A stretch of 64,000 nucleotides of DNA from contig SIAN01000024.1 in assembly GCA_009691715.1 (NCBI GenBank), positions 27-64,026 on the forward strand, read 5' to 3'. The position numbers and the translations under genes were made by a program. How positions within the stretch are numbered: the stretch's first letter is position 1; each line of letters starts with the position of its first letter. The notes under the pieces are model-generated. The model was not told the DNA's origin. It saw only the letters and a program-made list of their open reading frames with translations, and searched no databases. This document shows positions 43,234-52,630 of the stretch, piece by piece. Source of the DNA: Planctomycetota bacterium. GTDB taxonomy: Bacteria > Planctomycetota > B15-G4 > SIAN01.

Positions 43234-44874
43234 TCACCTCCGCCGTCGCGGCTGAAAGTTGCCGCGCGGGGCGTTCGAGTGCGACGGGCGCGGCGCATAG
43301 GGCGAGCGCGGACCGTGACTCGGACGCGGTGCGGCGGGCGCGTGCGGCGAACCCGGAGCGTGCGGCGCCCTCGGCGCGCGATCGGCATCCGCGTGACGCG
43401 GGGCCGAACGCGGATCGTGCCGCGGCTCACTCCGCGAATCGTGGCGATCGCCCTGATGCGGACGCGGGTCGTGACGCGGCGAGTGGCGCGCGTCGCTACG
43501 TGAATCCCCGCCGCGCCCGCGGCCGAACGGCGGGCGTTCCGGTCGCTCCGGCTGGAGCGGCGGCGGCAGGCGGCGCGTGATCGCGGGAGCCGGCAGGACC
43601 GGCACGTTGCGCCGCTGCAGCTTCTCGATGTCGACCAGGAACGGCCGCTCGTCGCGCGAGCAGAGCGAGATGGCGATCCCCTTGGCGCCGGCGCGCGCGG
43701 TGCGGCCGATGCGGTGGATGTAGGTCTCGGGGATGTTGGGCAGCTCGTAGTTGATGACGTGAGAGATGCCCTGCACGTCGATGCCGCGCGCGGCGATGTC
43801 GGTGGCGATCAGGATCGGCACCTTGCCTGACTTGAAGTCGGCCAAGGTCCGCTCGCGTGCGCCCTGCGACTTGTTGCCGTGGATCGCGGAGGCCGGGATG
43901 CCGTCGCGAGCGAGGCGCTTGGCGACGCGGTCGGCGCCATGCTTGGTGCGGGCGAAGACCAGCGCGCGCTCGATGTCGCCGGCGCGCAGGACCGTCGCCA
44001 GCACGTCGAGCTTGTCGTCACGGTCGACGAAGTGGACCCGCTGCTCGACCAGGTCCACAGCCTCGCCCTGCGGCGCGACGCGCACTTCGGCCGGGTTCGA
44101 CAGAATCTCGCGCGCCAACGCCGCGATCGGCGGCGGCATGGTGGCGGAGAAAAGCAGCGTCTGCCGCTTCGTCGGCAGTCGCGCGAGGATGCGGCGCACG
44201 TCGGGCACGAAACCGAGGTCGAGCATGTGGTCGGCTTCGTCGAGCACCAGCACTTCGACTTCGTTCAGGCGCGCGTGGCCCTGGCCGATCAGGTCGACGA
44301 GGCGGCCCGGGGTCGCGACCACGACGTCGACGCCGCGGCGGAGCGCTCGGACCTGCGGCACCTGCGAGACGCCGCCGTAGACCGTGACCGAGGCGACGCC
44401 GAGATGCTGGCCGTATTTGAGGAAGCTCTCGTGCACCTGGCTGGCGAGCTCACGCGTCGGCACGAGCACCAGCGCGCGCGGGCCGTGCTGGCCGCGGGTG
44501 CCGGCGAATAGGCGTTGCAGGATCGGCAACGCGAACGCAGCGGTCTTGCCGGTGCCGGTCTTGGCGCAACCGAGCAGGTCACGGCCGGCGAGCAGATGCG
44601 GGATGGTGCGCGCCTGGATCGGCGTTGGAGCGAGGTAGCCCGAATCGCGCACGGCCTTGACCAGCGCGGGATCGAGCGCGAGGTCGTCGAACGACCCTTC
44701 AGTCGCCTGATCGAGCGCGGGAGGGCGGACGACCGGCTCGCGCACGGCGGGCTCGTGTGCGGAAGCTTCTGACTCGACTGCGTGGCGCGGGCGCGGACGC
44801 GGGTCGAACGGCTTGCGCGGTTTGGAACGAAAGGCTGACGGACGACGATCGGACGAATGCTGCGGGTACGACAA
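43234..44874 (-). CDS. rhlE: DEAD-box RNA helicase (RhlE-like)
   Basis: Q motif PTPIQ, AKTGTGKT, PTRELA, DEAD, SAT, HGNKSQGAR and HRIGRTARAG. Start taken at TTG 44874 (uncertain). Confidence 0.92.
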   Translation of the reverse strand: MSYPQHSSDRRPSAFRSKPRKPFDPRPRPRHAVESEASAHEPAVREPVVRPPALDQATEGSFDDLALDPALVKAVRDSGYLAPTPIQARTIPHLLAGRDLLGCAKTGTGKTAAFALPILQRLFAGTRGQHGPRALVLVPTRELASQVHESFLKYGQHLGVASVTVYGGVSQVPQVRALRRGVDVVVATPGRLVDLIGQGHARLNEVEVLVLDEADHMLDLGFVPDVRRILARLPTKRQTLLFSATMPPPIAALAREILSNPAEVRVAPQGEAVDLVEQRVHFVDRDDKLDVLATVLRAGDIERALVFARTKHGADRVAKRLARDGIPASAIHGNKSQGARERTLADFKSGKVPILIATDIAARGIDVQGISHVINYELPNIPETYIHRIGRTARAGAKGIAISLCSRDERPFLVDIEKLQRRNVPVLPAPAITRRLPPPLQPERPERPPFGRGRGGDSRSDARHSPRHDPRPHQGDRHDSRSEPRHDPRSAPRHADADRAPRAPHAPGSPHAPAAPRPSHGPRSPYAPRPSHSNAPRGNFQPRRRR

Positions 44875-45139
44875 GCGCGGAGATTCCAGGCTCGAATACA
44901 AACCCAAGACGCGGTAGCGGAACTTCGTGCGAGCCAGCAGGAAGACGCGCTGCACCCGTCGCGACGGGTGCGAAAGACGCTTGGAAGGGGTGGCAGAGTA
45001 ACCGAGGAAGTGGGCCGAGCCGCCAACAAGCGAAATCGCGCGGGCGCCTTGGAATGACTTCGCCCCGCCGGGTCTGCCCGGCCGGTTTCGAAGGGGTGTT
45101 CGAGTTCCGACTACCCCGGCGGGACGATGTCGGCGGCAG

Positions 45140-45167
45140 AGGCTAGGGAAAACCACCACCCTTGCAA
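45140..45167 (-). promoter_or_regulatory. Sigma70-like promoter for the helicase (TTGCAA-16 bp-TAGCCT)
   Basis: Read on the minus strand; implies a leader of about 260 nt. Confidence 0.4.
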
Positions 45168-45240
45168 CCACTCCACGCCTGCCAACCCCGGCACTTCTTT
45201 CCCTTCTCCGATCGCCGCCCATCGACCCCTTCGCGGCGCC

Positions 45241-46620
45241 TCAGGGCCCCCCGCCACCGCCTCCCGGGTCGTCTTCGGTGTAACCGAGGGCCCGCAACTC
45301 CTCCAGCAGCTTCGGGTCGATCGTCGCGCGGTTGCCCGCGCGCTGGTGAAGCGCACCGGCCTTCCGATGGCGGGCGATCTCTTGCACCAGGACCCCCTTC
45401 AGCTTGGTCACAAGTTCGACATGGTCCGCCGCGACATCGCGCCGCTCGTGCGGATCCTCTTCGAGGTCGTAGAGCCTCGCTCCCTTGGGGTCGCGCATGA
45501 GCTTCCAGCGCCCGGCCGTGATCGCGTCGAAACCGGTCTTGGCTCCGACCGCGAGGATCGGGCGACCGGTGTAGCCGGGTTGCAGCACGTCGCTGCCGCG
45601 GCATTGCTCGGCGAACTCGGCGTTCGCAAGCGCTGGCGCCAGTCCGAATACGGTCGGCCAGAGATCGAGCGTCGAGCAGGCCGTGTCGACCACGCGCGGC
45701 TCGACGCCCGGCACTCGGATCAGCAACGGCACCCGCAACTGCTCGTCCCAGCACAGACCGTGGCCCATGTGGTCGTGCTGGCCGACCGCCGTGCCATGGT
45801 CGGCCACGATCACCAGCGCCGTCGTGTCGCGCAGATCCGGCTGATCGAGCCGGTCAAGCAGCCGCGCGAGCTGATCGTCGAGGAAGCGCAGCGCGCTGTC
45901 GTAACGATCGTTCATCTCGGCGATGGTGAGACCGTGATGGGTCACCTCTTCGAGCACGGCCGGGAAGTAGCGCGCATCGAGCCACGCCCGCATCGCATCG
46001 TCCGCCTGGAATCGCGTCAAGCGATCGGTCGGGAGATAGGGCGGCTTCAACGGCTCGTGCGCGTCGAACAGGTGCATCCAGGTGAAGAACGGCGCGCTGC
46101 CGCACTCTTCGATGAACTGGATGCCGTCGTCGATCACCGCCCCGCCGAGGCGCCGCATCGCTTCTGGTTCGGTGAACCGCCCGAAGCCGGCGTCGAGCCC
46201 GGTCTTGCCCTTGGTCGGCGCCGACGCGGCGAACCCGCCGGTCTTCAAGCCGTGCTCCGCCAACCGCTCTGCCAACGTGCGCAACGTCGCAACCGATTCA
46301 CGACCGCGCGCGCTGCCGCCGTGGCCAGTGAAGTTGGTCATCACCTGATGCTCGTAGGGAGTCACGCCGGTGAAGATCGACCAGTGGCTCGGGGTCGTCT
46401 GTGCGATCGGCGTGAGGCAGCGGGTGAAGACCAGCGACTCCTGCGCGAGCTTGGCGAGGCGCGGCGAGGTGTCGCGGAAGTAGCCGTAGCAGCTCAGCCG
46501 ATCGGCGCGCACGGTGTCGATCGTCACGAGGACGAGATTCTTGATGTCGGAGGGCTTGATTTCGGCAGGCGGCGCATCGGCGATCTGCGCGAGGACGAGC
46601 GCGAACACTGCGAGCGGCAT
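45241..46620 (-). CDS. Sulfatase-like hydrolase/transferase (non-canonical TTPSH active site)
   Basis: NLVLVTIDTVRADRL..YGY, TTPSHWSIFTG, HLFDAHEP, VADHG, LYDL..DPHE and C-terminal LRALGY. Confidence 0.88.
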   Translation of the reverse strand: MPLAVFALVLAQIADAPPAEIKPSDIKNLVLVTIDTVRADRLSCYGYFRDTSPRLAKLAQESLVFTRCLTPIAQTTPSHWSIFTGVTPYEHQVMTNFTGHGGSARGRESVATLRTLAERLAEHGLKTGGFAASAPTKGKTGLDAGFGRFTEPEAMRRLGGAVIDDGIQFIEECGSAPFFTWMHLFDAHEPLKPPYLPTDRLTRFQADDAMRAWLDARYFPAVLEEVTHHGLTIAEMNDRYDSALRFLDDQLARLLDRLDQPDLRDTTALVIVADHGTAVGQHDHMGHGLCWDEQLRVPLLIRVPGVEPRVVDTACSTLDLWPTVFGLAPALANAEFAEQCRGSDVLQPGYTGRPILAVGAKTGFDAITAGRWKLMRDPKGARLYDLEEDPHERRDVAADHVELVTKLKGVLVQEIARHRKAGALHQRAGNRATIDPKLLEELRALGYTEDDPGGGGGGP

Positions 46621-46729
46621 GGCGCGAAGCGTAACCCGCTCCGATCGACTGGCAAGGCGCGCCGATGGGGGTATCTTCGCGCGCCTTCGCCCTGCACACC
46701 GTCGTCGGGGCTCCACGGAGCACGCTGTC

Positions 46730-48910
46730 GTGAAGCGATCGCTGCTGGCGAGCGCCGTCGTCGTCCTCGTGCCGATCGCGTTCGTGCGCCCGGTCGAGCC
46801 CGCGCCGACGTCGATCGTGCCGACGTCGATCGTGCCGACGTCGATCGTGCCGACGTCGATCGTCACGACGTGGGCGTCGATGCAGCAGGGCGGCGCCCCG
46901 GTCGCTGCGCCGAGCAGGCCAAAAGGGCCGCGCGCGCCGAACGAGGTGCCAAAGCTCACCGCACGCGCACCGCTGCCGATCGATCCAGCCGCCTACAACG
47001 CACTGGCAGCGACCATCGACCAGCGGCTGGCCGCGGCCTGGCGCGCCGAAACGATCGAACCGGCGGCGCCCGCTGACGACGCCACCTGGCTGCGCCGCCT
47101 GAGCCTCGATCTGCGCGGCGTCATCCCGACGGCCGCAGAGGTGCAGGCGTTCCTCGCCGACACTGCCGCTGAGACCAACGCCGCCAAACGCGCAAGCATC
47201 TGCGCTGACGTCATCGACGCATGGCTCGACAGCCCGGAATGGAGCCGCCACCTCTCCTACGTTTGGAGCAACGTCCTCTTCTCCGCCGCGCCGCGCGAAC
47301 GGCAGCGCACCGAGGCACTGCTGCGTCCCTGGCTCGAACAGCAGTTCCGCGCGCGCGCTCCCTTCGCGACGGTCGTCGAAGGAGTGGTCGCCGGCAGCGA
47401 GTGGGCTCGACAGCCGAGCTATTCCGCGTTCGTGCTCACCTACCAGGACTCGATCGAGACGCTCGCCGGCGCCGTCGCCCGCTCCTTCCTCGGCCTGCAG
47501 ATCCAGTGCGCACAATGCCACGACCACAAGTTCGATGACTGGAAGCAAACCGAGTTCAACCGCTTCTGCGGCTTCTTCCTCGATGTCCGCTCCGATCACA
47601 CCGTCGGGCCGAACTCCTCCACCCTGTTCCGGATCGTCGACCACAGTCCGGAATGGGATTTCGCCGACCGGCTGACGAAAATCGTCGGGCAGGCGCACCG
47701 CGGTGCGAGCGCCGCCGGAGGCGCCGGCAGCGAAGGCAGCGGCGCCACGATGAGCGACCGCACCAAGACCGAGGCCGAGCGTGCCGAGCGGCTGGCCGCG
47801 CGTGATGCGATGGCCGAAGGCGACGGGCCCGTCTTCGAGGAGGACATCCTCGGAACCAACGGCACTTCGATGAGCGCCGGCATGTCGGCTGCGGCGGCCG
47901 CGAATGAGGCGCAGCTCGCCGCGATGGACGAACTGCTGAAGGCGGCGAAGAGCACGCCCGATCGCGGCAACGCGTTGCGCAATTGGGACAGCGATCCAGC
48001 GCGCCTCGTCGCGCTGCTCGCCGCTCTGCCGGCGGAGGTGCGCGAACTCGTCCAGCGTTACCGCGACCGGCGGGTGGCCTTTCTCGAGCCGGGATTCCTC
48101 GATGGCGCCCCATTCACGGACGACGTGAAGACGTCGCGCCGGCGCGCTCTGGCCGACTGGATCACGCGGCCCGAAAACCCGTGGTACGGACCATCGGTCG
48201 CCAATCGCGTGGTCGGCGAACTGCTCGGTCATGGCCTGATCGAGCCGATCGACGACCTCACCGGCAGCAGCGACAAGATCCTGCCCGAGCTGCTGGCGGA
48301 ACTGGCCGCAGCGTTCACAGCGAACGGCGACCTGCGCCTGCTCTACGGCGCGATCTGCCGCACGCGCGCCTATGCGGCCGGCAACGCCAACGGCGGTGAT
48401 CGCGACGAACGAGTGCGACGCGAGCGGTGGTTCGCCGCGCAGCCGCTCACGCCGTTCACCGCGGAACAGATGCTCGCCTCCCTGGCGCGCGCGACCGCGA
48501 TCGAAGGCAAGTCGGCCGCCGCCGCAGACAAGACCGATTTCAAGAGCGAGCAGACGCGCAAAGGGCGGATCGACTCGCTCAAGCTGTTCTGCACCGGCGA
48601 TCCGCCGACCGGCGCCGCTGAGTACGAGCCGACCATCCCGGCCGCGCTGTTCCTGATGAACGGCGACCTCACCAGCCGCACCACCGGCCTCTCCGCCAAC
48701 CCGGCGTTCGCGCCGTTGTTCGACGCCACGCCGCCGCCTGACACCGCGATCGACGCGCTCTTCCTCGCGACCTTGTCGCGAATGCCCACCGCGCCGGAGC
48801 GCACCGCTTTCGCCGAGAGTCTTTGCCAAGCGAACCTGCCGCGCCCGCGCGCCGTCGAGGACGCGTTGTGGGCCTTGCTCAACTCGACCGAGTTCCACAC
48901 CAGCCGATGA
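46730..48910 (+). CDS. DUF1549/DUF1553 (PSD1/PSCyt2) domain protein
   Basis: DDATWLRRLSLDLRG, FLGLQIQCAQCHDHKFD, LADWITRPENPW..NRV..GLIEPIDD, ALFLMN and WALLNSTEF motifs. Confidence 0.9.
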   Translation: MKRSLLASAVVVLVPIAFVRPVEPAPTSIVPTSIVPTSIVPTSIVTTWASMQQGGAPVAAPSRPKGPRAPNEVPKLTARAPLPIDPAAYNALAATIDQRLAAAWRAETIEPAAPADDATWLRRLSLDLRGVIPTAAEVQAFLADTAAETNAAKRASICADVIDAWLDSPEWSRHLSYVWSNVLFSAAPRERQRTEALLRPWLEQQFRARAPFATVVEGVVAGSEWARQPSYSAFVLTYQDSIETLAGAVARSFLGLQIQCAQCHDHKFDDWKQTEFNRFCGFFLDVRSDHTVGPNSSTLFRIVDHSPEWDFADRLTKIVGQAHRGASAAGGAGSEGSGATMSDRTKTEAERAERLAARDAMAEGDGPVFEEDILGTNGTSMSAGMSAAAAANEAQLAAMDELLKAAKSTPDRGNALRNWDSDPARLVALLAALPAEVRELVQRYRDRRVAFLEPGFLDGAPFTDDVKTSRRRALADWITRPENPWYGPSVANRVVGELLGHGLIEPIDDLTGSSDKILPELLAELAAAFTANGDLRLLYGAICRTRAYAAGNANGGDRDERVRRERWFAAQPLTPFTAEQMLASLARATAIEGKSAAAADKTDFKSEQTRKGRIDSLKLFCTGDPPTGAAEYEPTIPAALFLMNGDLTSRTTGLSANPAFAPLFDATPPPDTAIDALFLATLSRMPTAPERTAFAESLCQANLPRPRAVEDALWALLNSTEFHTSR

Positions 48911-50199
48911 GTTGCTGCGACCACGAACTTCCGGTCTCGCGCCGCGGCTGGCTGACCCGCGTCGTCCAAGCCGGCGGCGCTGCACTGCTCGCGCCCTCGC
49001 TCGCGGATCTCTTTGTGCAGTCGGCGAGGGGGCAGCAGGCCGGTGCGCGAACGGCGAAGAAGCACCTCGTGCTCGTGTGGCTCGCCGGCGGCCCGAGCCA
49101 GTTCGAGACGTTCGATCCGAAGCCGGGCACGCCCGCCGGCGGCCCGACCGGCGCGCTGCCGACCGATGTCCCGGGCTGGAGCTTTTCGGAGCACCTCCCC
49201 CTTTTGCGCGACCGCGCCGGCCAACTCGCCGTGCTGCGCACGCTGCGCTCGACCGAAGGCAGCCACGCTCGCGCGACCGACCTGCTGCACTTTGGCTACA
49301 CGCCGACTCCCGCGCTCGCGCTCCCGACGATCGGGTCGATCGTCGCCCACCAGATCGGCGATCCCGACCATCCGTTGCCGCCGTTCGTGCAAGTCGACGG
49401 CATGGTCGGATCGAGCGGCTACCTCGGCGTTGACGTTTCTCCGTTCGTGGTTCGCGACCCGAACAAGCCAATCGAGAACCTCACCTACCGGCGCGGCGTC
49501 GACGCCACGCGGCTCGACCGTCGCGAGCGGCTGCGCGCCGTGCTCGAAGCCGGCTTCGCGGCGGGCGGCGGCGGCCATGAAGCGAAGAAGCACGACACGC
49601 TGCGGGCCCGCGCGCGCCGACTCATGGACACCGAACTGGTCACGGCATTCGAGCTCGCCGAAGAGCCAGACGCGGTGCGCGATGGGTACGGCCGCGGCAG
49701 CTTCGGCCAAGGGATGCTGCTGGCGCGCCGGCTGGTCGAGCGGGGCGTCGCGGCAGTCGAAGTCACGCTGCGCGGCTGGGACACGCACCTCGACAACTTC
49801 ATCACTTCGCCGAAGCTCTGCCGCGAGCTCGATCAGGCGCTTTCCGCTTTGATCGACGAACTGCGCGCGCGCAGCCTGCACGAGGACACGCTGATCGTCT
49901 GCTTGGGCGAGTTCGGCCGCTCTCCCACCATCAACGCCAACGCGGGCCGCGATCACTGGCCCTCGAACCAGTGCGTCCTCTTCTCCGGCGGCGGCGTGCG
50001 CGGCGGGCAGGTGCTCGGCGCCACCGACGAGACTGGCGAGCACGTCGTCGGCGCGCCCGCCACCGTCGCCGACCTCTTCGCCACCATCGCCGCAAGCGTC
50101 GGCGTCGACGGAAGCAAGGACCTGACCGGAAGCGGCACGCGCCCGATGAACCTGATCGACCCCGCCGGCAAGCCGATCCGCGAGCTGTTCAAGGCGTGA
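48907..50199 (+). CDS. DUF1501 domain protein (Tat signal)
   Basis: SRRGWL; WLAGGPSQFETFDPKP, LLARRLVERGV, GWDTH, GEFGRSP, GRDHWP and GGQVLGATD motifs. Confidence 0.92.
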   Translation: MSCCDHELPVSRRGWLTRVVQAGGAALLAPSLADLFVQSARGQQAGARTAKKHLVLVWLAGGPSQFETFDPKPGTPAGGPTGALPTDVPGWSFSEHLPLLRDRAGQLAVLRTLRSTEGSHARATDLLHFGYTPTPALALPTIGSIVAHQIGDPDHPLPPFVQVDGMVGSSGYLGVDVSPFVVRDPNKPIENLTYRRGVDATRLDRRERLRAVLEAGFAAGGGGHEAKKHDTLRARARRLMDTELVTAFELAEEPDAVRDGYGRGSFGQGMLLARRLVERGVAAVEVTLRGWDTHLDNFITSPKLCRELDQALSALIDELRARSLHEDTLIVCLGEFGRSPTINANAGRDHWPSNQCVLFSGGGVRGGQVLGATDETGEHVVGAPATVADLFATIAASVGVDGSKDLTGSGTRPMNLIDPAGKPIRELFKA

Positions 50200-50206
50200 G
50201 GCGGCC

Positions 50207-52630
50207 TCACCGCACCGCGAGACCGCGGCGCAGCAGCTCCTCGCGCCACGCCGCGACGACCGCGGCCGGCTCGCCGTCGAGTTCGGGCAGCACCGCGAGC
50301 CAGCCGAATGACTCGGCGAGATCGCTCCGCCATTCCGCCGCCCGATCGGGTGCGACGAGCTCCCACGCCGCGACCAGTCGCTTCCACTCGCGGCGCACCA
50401 ACGCAACCGGCAGCTCGGCGAGGCGATCGGTCGGCGAGGACAAGCCGTCCTCCTCCGCGAGATCTCGGCGCGCCTGCGCCTCCCATCGCGCAAGCCACGC
50501 CACGAACTCCTCGTGCGTCGTCGCTGCGAACCGCGCGGCGAACGTCGCATCGCGCTCGAGCCAAGGGAACCGACCGGCAACGAGGTCGTCGAGTGTCGCA
50601 TGTGGCAGAAGCGCCACTTGGAGTTCCCGCCGCGGTTCGTCCTGCTCGTCGAGCAGCGTGCGCAGTTGCTGCAACGCGAGCGGCTCGCCGGACTGCGCCG
50701 CGTCGATCAACGCCTGCAGCGCCGCCAGCGGATCGGCGGCGGGAGCCTCGACGGGGTCGGCGGCGACCTCGAACTCCGGCGGCTCGAAGCTCGGGTCGTC
50801 GAGACGGAGCGCATCGGGCAGGAGGGGGCGGTCGGACTCGAGCAACGCGAAGAGCGCCGGCTCGCGCCACGACTCCGGTCCTCCTGCGATCCACGCGACG
50901 AACTGCTGCCCGAGCGGCGTTGCGAGCGGAACCGAGTCGTCGAGCGAGTCGAGCACCCGGCGCCCCTGGTCGAGCTCCTCCTCGCTGCCGCGCCGACGCG
51001 CCTCGGCGAGGAGGCGCGTCGCGCGGTCGCGTTGCGTCGCCGCATCGACTTCGTCCAGCACCTCCCAGAAGCGGGAGAGCGCGTCGACCGGTGCGTCGCG
51101 ATCGTCGAGCGCCGCCAGCAGCGCTGCCGCAAGCGTCGCGCGCAGCGCGTGCGCGGCGGCGAAGAGCTCGCGCTCCTCTGCGAAGGGCGCCGCACCGTCG
51201 CACTGCTCGCACGACCCGGTCACGATCGCCGACGCGAAATCGACGAGCGCCACCGTCGGCCGCCGACTCCGCAGCTCGGCCGCGGTCCACTCGATCAGTC
51301 CCCGCCACTGCGCGAGCTCCGCCAGCGAGCCGAGCGCGGGCGGGGCGCTGCGCACGGAGCCGGCGCGCACGAACGCACGCGCGCAGGCGCCGCGCAGCCA
51401 CTCGTCGGCGTTGCCGTCAGCAGCGATCTCGAGCCATTCTTCGCTGGAGGCGTCCGCCGCCAGCACCCTCCGCAGCCGCGCGACCGACGCCGCGTCGCAC
51501 TCCGCCGCGCGGTCCGACCAGTCGCGGCGCATCAGCCAGACGAGGCCCGCGACGCGCAGTTCGTGCGCGCGGAGCTGGAGGTCGCCCGCCTGCCAACGAT
51601 CGGCGAGTTCGGCGCCGAGTTGCGTGCGTGCCAGCCCTGTTGCGAGTCGACGCACGTGCATCGGCCGCGCCGCCTCGCCCGCCCCGCCGATGAGATCATC
51701 GAGCGCGTGGTCGTTCCGGCACGCCTCTTCCAGCGCCGGAGCGATCTCGAACCGCCCGCCGAGCACGTCATCGAGATCCTCCCACCAGAGGACCTTCGGC
51801 CACTCGCGGCGCCACGGGAGTCCGGCGAGCAGCACCAGCTGACCGCGCAACTCGAATAGCTCGCGCCGGCGGTGCGGCCGCGTCCGTCCGCGTCGGTCGC
51901 GCCTCGATCTTGAGCCACGCTCCCGCCGACGCCCCGCACGCTTCGGGGAAGTACATGCGCGCGGCCGTCGCGGCCGGCCACGCGACCCGCCCTTCGAGAC
52001 CGGCGACGAAGCGGCTGGTGAAGAGGGGCGCCGACGGCTCGCTGTGCCGACCGATCGCGAAGACGCTCTTCTCGTCGTCGACGTCGCCGTGCGCTCGCTC
52101 GCGGCCCTGCTTTCCGGGCAGGCCGACCACCTCGCCGCCGGCGGGATGCCGCGCTTCGATCACGACGTAGGAGAGGCCGCCGAGGCTCTGCACGCGCAGT
52201 TGCGACTCGATTTCGTCGCCGACCGCGCAGCGAAGCGCGCCGTCGGCCCCGGGCGCGAGCGGCCGGCGACGCTCAGCCCCGCTCGCGTCGCGCACGACCC
52301 GTACCGCTTTCCGTTCGACCTGCAGCGGTGTCGCGAAGCCGCGGGTGGCGGCGCCGTCGCGGAGCGCGCGGCGCTCGACGCGGACCAGCACGTCGCCGGC
52401 TGCGCCGCCTGCGACCTCGACCGCGGTTCCGGTCGGGAAAGCGCCGAGAACGACGCCCAGCGCCGACTTGCGGCCCGCTTCGAGCACGACGCTTTCGCGG
52501 TGCTCACCGGCGCGCAGTTCGAGCGCGATCGCGTCGGTCTGCTCGAGAGCGCGCGCCAGCAGGAGGCGCAGCGCGAGAAGGACCGCCGGATCGTCGTCGA
52601 ACGGCAGCAGCGCCGCCTTCGGGACGGCCG
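50207..52630 (-). pseudogene. C-terminal fragment of a large alpha-2-macroglobulin-like protein with a long helical extension; 5'-truncated, frameshift at ~51862
   Basis: LQVER...VGDEIESQLRV...YVVIEARHPAGGE...GRVAWPAATAARMYFPEACGAS is the bacterial A2M C-terminal pattern. The reading continues in another frame as ELFELRGQLVLL... (547 aa). Confidence 0.55.

Noticed and set aside
43234-45222. 662-aa helicase as given by the ORF track
   Set aside because: The first ~116 codons are not protein-like and overlap a predicted promoter and structured leader; start reassigned to ~44874.
30980-46863. Tandem repeats as a CRISPR array
   Set aside because: Units are 12-18 bp and contiguous, have no unique spacers, are mostly in-frame coding, and no cas genes are present.
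46298-49471. Very long alternative-frame ORFs (e.g. 46298-49471 -, 17551-20295 +, 20820-23270 -, 15367-17532 +)
   Set aside because: Arg/Ala/Pro-rich shadow ORFs opposite or overlapping well-supported genes, as expected at this GC content.
5200-52630. A single large inversion explaining the two head-to-head headless junctions
   Set aside because: Re-inverting the segment still leaves all four genes without 5' ends; the missing parts are not at the opposite breakpoint.
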